Below, piece by piece: positions 16,043 through 19,147 of a stretch of 19,147 nucleotides of DNA. The stretch lies in the UHGV virus genome UHGV-0126495. One strand, given 5' to 3'. This DNA comes from a virus. Position numbers and translations under genes: made by a program. How positions within the stretch are numbered: position 1 is the first letter of the stretch; every line of letters begins with the position of its first letter. The notes beneath the pieces are model-generated. The model saw only the letters and a program-made list of their open reading frames with translations. It did not search any database and was not told where the DNA came from.

Positions 16043-16428
16043 TGAGGATGGATGTGATGACTAAAAATATCCGTAATCTTGCACTGGCAACGATGTCGGG
16101 GTTTCGCCATAAAACTGTTGATGTGCCTGAATGGGAAGGGGCAACGGTTGTATTACGGGAACCTTCTGCAGAAGCCTGGTTGCGCTGGCAGGAGATCGTT
16201 AAAGCAAAAGATGATGAGACACCGTTATCCGTTGCGGAGCGCGCCCGCCGAAATCTGGAAGCGGATGTTGAACTGTTCATCGATGTTCTGTGTGATACCG
16301 GACTGCAACCTGTATTTTCAGTGGATGATCGTGAACAGGTGATCGCCGTGTATGGCCCGGTGCATGCGCGGCTTCTTCGGCAGTCTCTGGAACTGATCAG
16401 TGATGCCGGCGAGGTTAAAAAAAAGTAG
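16042..16428 (+). CDS. tail assembly chaperone (gpG-like)
   Basis: 128-aa acidic ORF between the major tail and tape measure genes; ends at the A_AAA_AAG slippery site. Alternative start ATG 16057 has GAGGA upstream. Confidence 0.8.
   Translation: MRMDVMTKNIRNLALATMSGFRHKTVDVPEWEGATVVLREPSAEAWLRWQEIVKAKDDETPLSVAERARRNLEADVELFIDVLCDTGLQPVFSVDDREQVIAVYGPVHARLLRQSLELISDAGEVKKK
16419..16425 (+). other. programmed -1 ribosomal frameshift slippery heptamer A_AAA_AAG
   Basis: The -1 frame opens at 16419 (a TAA at 16416-16418 closes it before that) and runs on through the 16440..16730 ORF, which would give a G-T fusion; read directly from the sequence. Confidence 0.55.
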
Positions 16429-16439
16429 CGCTTCCGGGG

Positions 16440-16730
16440 ATGCGTTTTCTGATGATGCTGGCGCTCAGGATGGGGCGCACATTGTCAGAGTTACGCCGGG
16501 AAATGTCCGCATCAGAAATCATGATGTGGGCAGAATTTGACAGGTTCAGCCCGCTGGGGGACGAACGGGCTGATATCCGGGCTGCCCAGATTGTTTCAGC
16601 TGTTTACGGTGCGCAGGGGGTCAAAGTGCCACTGAATGATGCGCTTCTTCAGTGGGAGAAGGAGCAGACAGAAGGCGTATCAGATCCATTTGCTGGACTG
16701 GAAAACGCGCTTTTAATAGTGTCTCAGTGA
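16440..16730 (+). CDS. tail assembly chaperone frameshift extension (gpT-like part of G-T fusion)
   Basis: ORF in the -1 frame relative to the chaperone, immediately downstream, with no ribosome-binding site of its own. Confidence 0.65.
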   Translation: MRFLMMLALRMGRTLSELRREMSASEIMMWAEFDRFSPLGDERADIRAAQIVSAVYGAQGVKVPLNDALLQWEKEQTEGVSDPFAGLENALLIVSQ

Positions 16731-16738
16731 GTCAACAT

Positions 16739-16760
16739 AACCGCTTCGGCGGTTTTTTTT
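16739..16760 (+). terminator. intrinsic terminator/attenuator before the tape measure gene
   Basis: ACCGC-ttcg-GCGGT hairpin with a UUCG tetraloop followed by eight T, then the GGAGA site and ATG at 16771. Confidence 0.55.
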
Positions 16761-16770
16761 CGTCCGGAGA

Positions 16771-19098
16771 ATGAGTGTGGCGACATTACGTGAACTGATT
16801 ATTAAAATCTCGGCAAATTCCCGGTCATTCCAGTCAGAGATCTCCCGGGCTTCGCGTATGGGGCAGGATTACTACCGTACCATGCAGAACGGAGGCCGAC
16901 AGTCCGCTGCTGCATCCCGTGAAATGCGGCGTGCACTGGCAGAAGTGACGGATCAGATAAATACAGCTAAATCTTCGGCACTGAACATGGCGGGGGCATT
17001 TGCCGGGGCTTTTGCTACCGGTCATCTTATTTCTCTCGCCGATGAGTGGAATTCAGTAAATGCCCGTCTGAAGCAGGCCTCACAGTCCAGTGATGATTTT
17101 CAGTCATCACAGCGTGAATTAATGGCGATCAGCCAGAGAACGGGGACGGCTTTTTCTGATAACGCCAGCCTTTTTGCCCGCTCTGCAGCTTCCATGCGGG
17201 AGTATGGTTACAGTTCTGAGGAGGTACTGAAAGTCACCGAGGCGATCTCCACGGGCCTGAAATTATCCGGTGCCAGTACAGCAGAAGCCAGTTCGGTGAT
17301 CACGCAGTTCAGTCAGGCTCTGGCGCAGGGAGTGCTGCGCGGTGAAGAGTTTAACTCGGTGAATGAGAACGGCGATCGTGTTATTCGTGCTCTGGCTGCG
17401 GGAATGGGAGTTGCCCGTAAGGATCTGAAGGCCATGGCGGATAACGGAAAGTTGACCGCCGATAAGGTTGTTCCTGCACTGATTAGTCAGCTTGGGGCAT
17501 TACGTGATGAATATGCGGCAATGCCTGATACGGTTTCATCCTCTGCAACCAAAGTTGAAAACGCCTTTATGGCTTGGGTTGGTGGTGCGAACGAGGCAAG
17601 CGGAGTGACGAAGACGCTCTCCGGTGTGCTGAATGGTATTGCAGGCAATATTGACACCGTGGCAACCGCTGCCGGTGCTCTGGTTGCCGTCGGGGTAGCC
17701 CGGTATTTTGGCAATATGGCGTCGTCTGCTGGATCTGCAACTGCCGGATTAATTACTGCAGCCAGAAACGAAGTGGCTCTTGCTGAAGCGCAACTTCGGG
17801 GGACACAGATAGCAACCGCCAGGGCGCGTGCGGCGGTTTATCGTGCGCAACAGGCGGTTGTTGCTGCTCGCGGTACCGAAAGGCAGGCCGCAGCAGAAGC
17901 GAAGCTGACAGCTGCCCAGGCGTCACTTACCCGTAATATTGCGGCCAGAACAGCGGCACAGACAACGCTGAATACTGTCACGTCAGTGGGGAGTCGTCTG
18001 TTAAGTGGTGCGCTGGGGTTGGTTGGTGGTGTGCCGGGACTCGTCATGCTGGGGGCGACGGCCTGGTACACGATGTATCAGAATCAGGAGCAGGCCAGAG
18101 AATCTGCACGCCAGTATGCCGCAACAATCGACGAAATTCGCCAGAAAACGTCGGCAATGTCGCTTCCTGAAGCGTCAGATAATGAGGAAAAGACGCGGCA
18201 GGCACTTGATGAGCAAAACAGGTTAATTGACGAGCAGAAAAGTAAGATTAAATCCTTACAGGAAAAAATTGCTGGCTATCAGTATGTGCTGGCAAACCCG
18301 GGCTGGACAACCGATAACGGTTTTATGATTAACCACATGACGTCGGTAAAAACTGTCACAGAAGGGCTTGCAGAAGCAACAAATCAACTGGCAGTTGAAC
18401 AGTCCCGTCTCACACAAATGCAGGGCAAAGCGCAATCCATTCAGGATGTGCTTGCCGGGCTGGAGGAGCGACGGGTGGCGTTGATCCGTCAACAGGTCGC
18501 GGAACAAAACAAAGCGTATCAGTCCCTGTTGATCATGAATGGGCAGCATACCGAGTTTAATCGCCTTCTCGGGCTCGGTAATGAATTACTTCAGCAGCGA
18601 CAGGGGCTGGTGAATGTACCGTTACGGCTACCACAGGCAACCCTGGATGATAAACAGCAGACTGCACTGAATAACAGCGAGCGCGAACTGGCTCTGTCCC
18701 GCCTGAAGGGGGAAGCCCGTGAGCGTGCCCGCTTGGGTTATGCTGCGGATGATCTCGGCTTTGTGGGAGAGGCGTATCAGACAGCCAGACAGAATTATAT
18801 CAATAACTCACTGGATGCCTGGCGAAATAACCAGGCAAATAAACCCAAAGCGCATAAAAAGACCGAAGCGGAAAAAACAGAAGATATTTATAAACGGCTG
18901 ATTAAACAGCAAAAAGAACAAATAGCACTGGCAGGGCAGAATACTGAACTGGCTAAGATGAAATATCAGGTCAGTCAGGGCGAATTATCAACCCTGTCAG
19001 AAGCGCAGAAAAAAACGCTTTTGCAGAATGCAGCACTCATCGACCAGAAAAAGATTCGTGAGCAGCTTGCTGCGTATGAGAGCAGTTTGGCGGACTGA
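16771..19098 (+). CDS. tail tape measure protein
   Basis: 775-aa ORF downstream of the chaperone pair; long Ala/Gln-rich helical stretches and Gly-rich hydrophobic segments typical of tape measure proteins. Confidence 0.88.
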   Translation: MSVATLRELIIKISANSRSFQSEISRASRMGQDYYRTMQNGGRQSAAASREMRRALAEVTDQINTAKSSALNMAGAFAGAFATGHLISLADEWNSVNARLKQASQSSDDFQSSQRELMAISQRTGTAFSDNASLFARSAASMREYGYSSEEVLKVTEAISTGLKLSGASTAEASSVITQFSQALAQGVLRGEEFNSVNENGDRVIRALAAGMGVARKDLKAMADNGKLTADKVVPALISQLGALRDEYAAMPDTVSSSATKVENAFMAWVGGANEASGVTKTLSGVLNGIAGNIDTVATAAGALVAVGVARYFGNMASSAGSATAGLITAARNEVALAEAQLRGTQIATARARAAVYRAQQAVVAARGTERQAAAEAKLTAAQASLTRNIAARTAAQTTLNTVTSVGSRLLSGALGLVGGVPGLVMLGATAWYTMYQNQEQARESARQYAATIDEIRQKTSAMSLPEASDNEEKTRQALDEQNRLIDEQKSKIKSLQEKIAGYQYVLANPGWTTDNGFMINHMTSVKTVTEGLAEATNQLAVEQSRLTQMQGKAQSIQDVLAGLEERRVALIRQQVAEQNKAYQSLLIMNGQHTEFNRLLGLGNELLQQRQGLVNVPLRLPQATLDDKQQTALNNSERELALSRLKGEARERARLGYAADDLGFVGEAYQTARQNYINNSLDAWRNNQANKPKAHKKTEAEKTEDIYKRLIKQQKEQIALAGQNTELAKMKYQVSQGELSTLSEAQKKTLLQNAALIDQKKIREQLAAYESSLAD

Positions 19099-19147
19099 AC
19101 CGCCCCGGGTTTCCTGGAGAGTGTTTTATCTGTGAACTCAGGCTGCC

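Overview
This window reads as the late half of a lambdoid, HK97-like temperate siphovirus prophage from an enterobacterium (E. coli-like), called from sequence alone with no database searches. Left to right: the 3' part of a DnaB-family helicase gene (open to the window edge), a small coiled-coil ORF, a Q antiterminator (QuuD/phage-82 type) followed by a candidate late promoter and strong intrinsic terminator, then an accessory island. The island holds a convergent NmpC/Lc-type porin gene on the minus strand with an AT-rich upstream region, a small HTH ORF bracketed by a palindrome and a terminator, an orphan beta-class DPPY DNA methyltransferase, and adjacent tRNA-Thr(UGU) and tRNA-Gly(UCC) genes. 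After a roughly 750 bp ORF-poor, terminator-rich gap (the position stx occupies in Stx phages) comes a lysis cassette (two multi-TM proteins, an M15 peptidase endolysin, small coupled membrane/lipoprotein ORFs), a minus-strand 68-aa two-TM ORF at the bor-equivalent position, and a standard packaging and morphogenesis module: HNH endonuclease, putative cos region, TerS, TerL, a small two-TM ORF, portal, prohead protease, major capsid, head-tail connector and adaptor, tail components, major tail protein with Ig-like C-terminus, tail assembly chaperone with a -1 frameshift site, and tape measure protein. A possible next gene start (GTG near 19132) is cut by the window end. No CRISPR array, IS element, integrase or rRNA was seen. 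The most plausible candidates for something undescribed are the HTH-plus-orphan-methyltransferase unit, the structured gap at 5094-5844, and the small membrane-protein ORFs; none is established as a new system from sequence alone.
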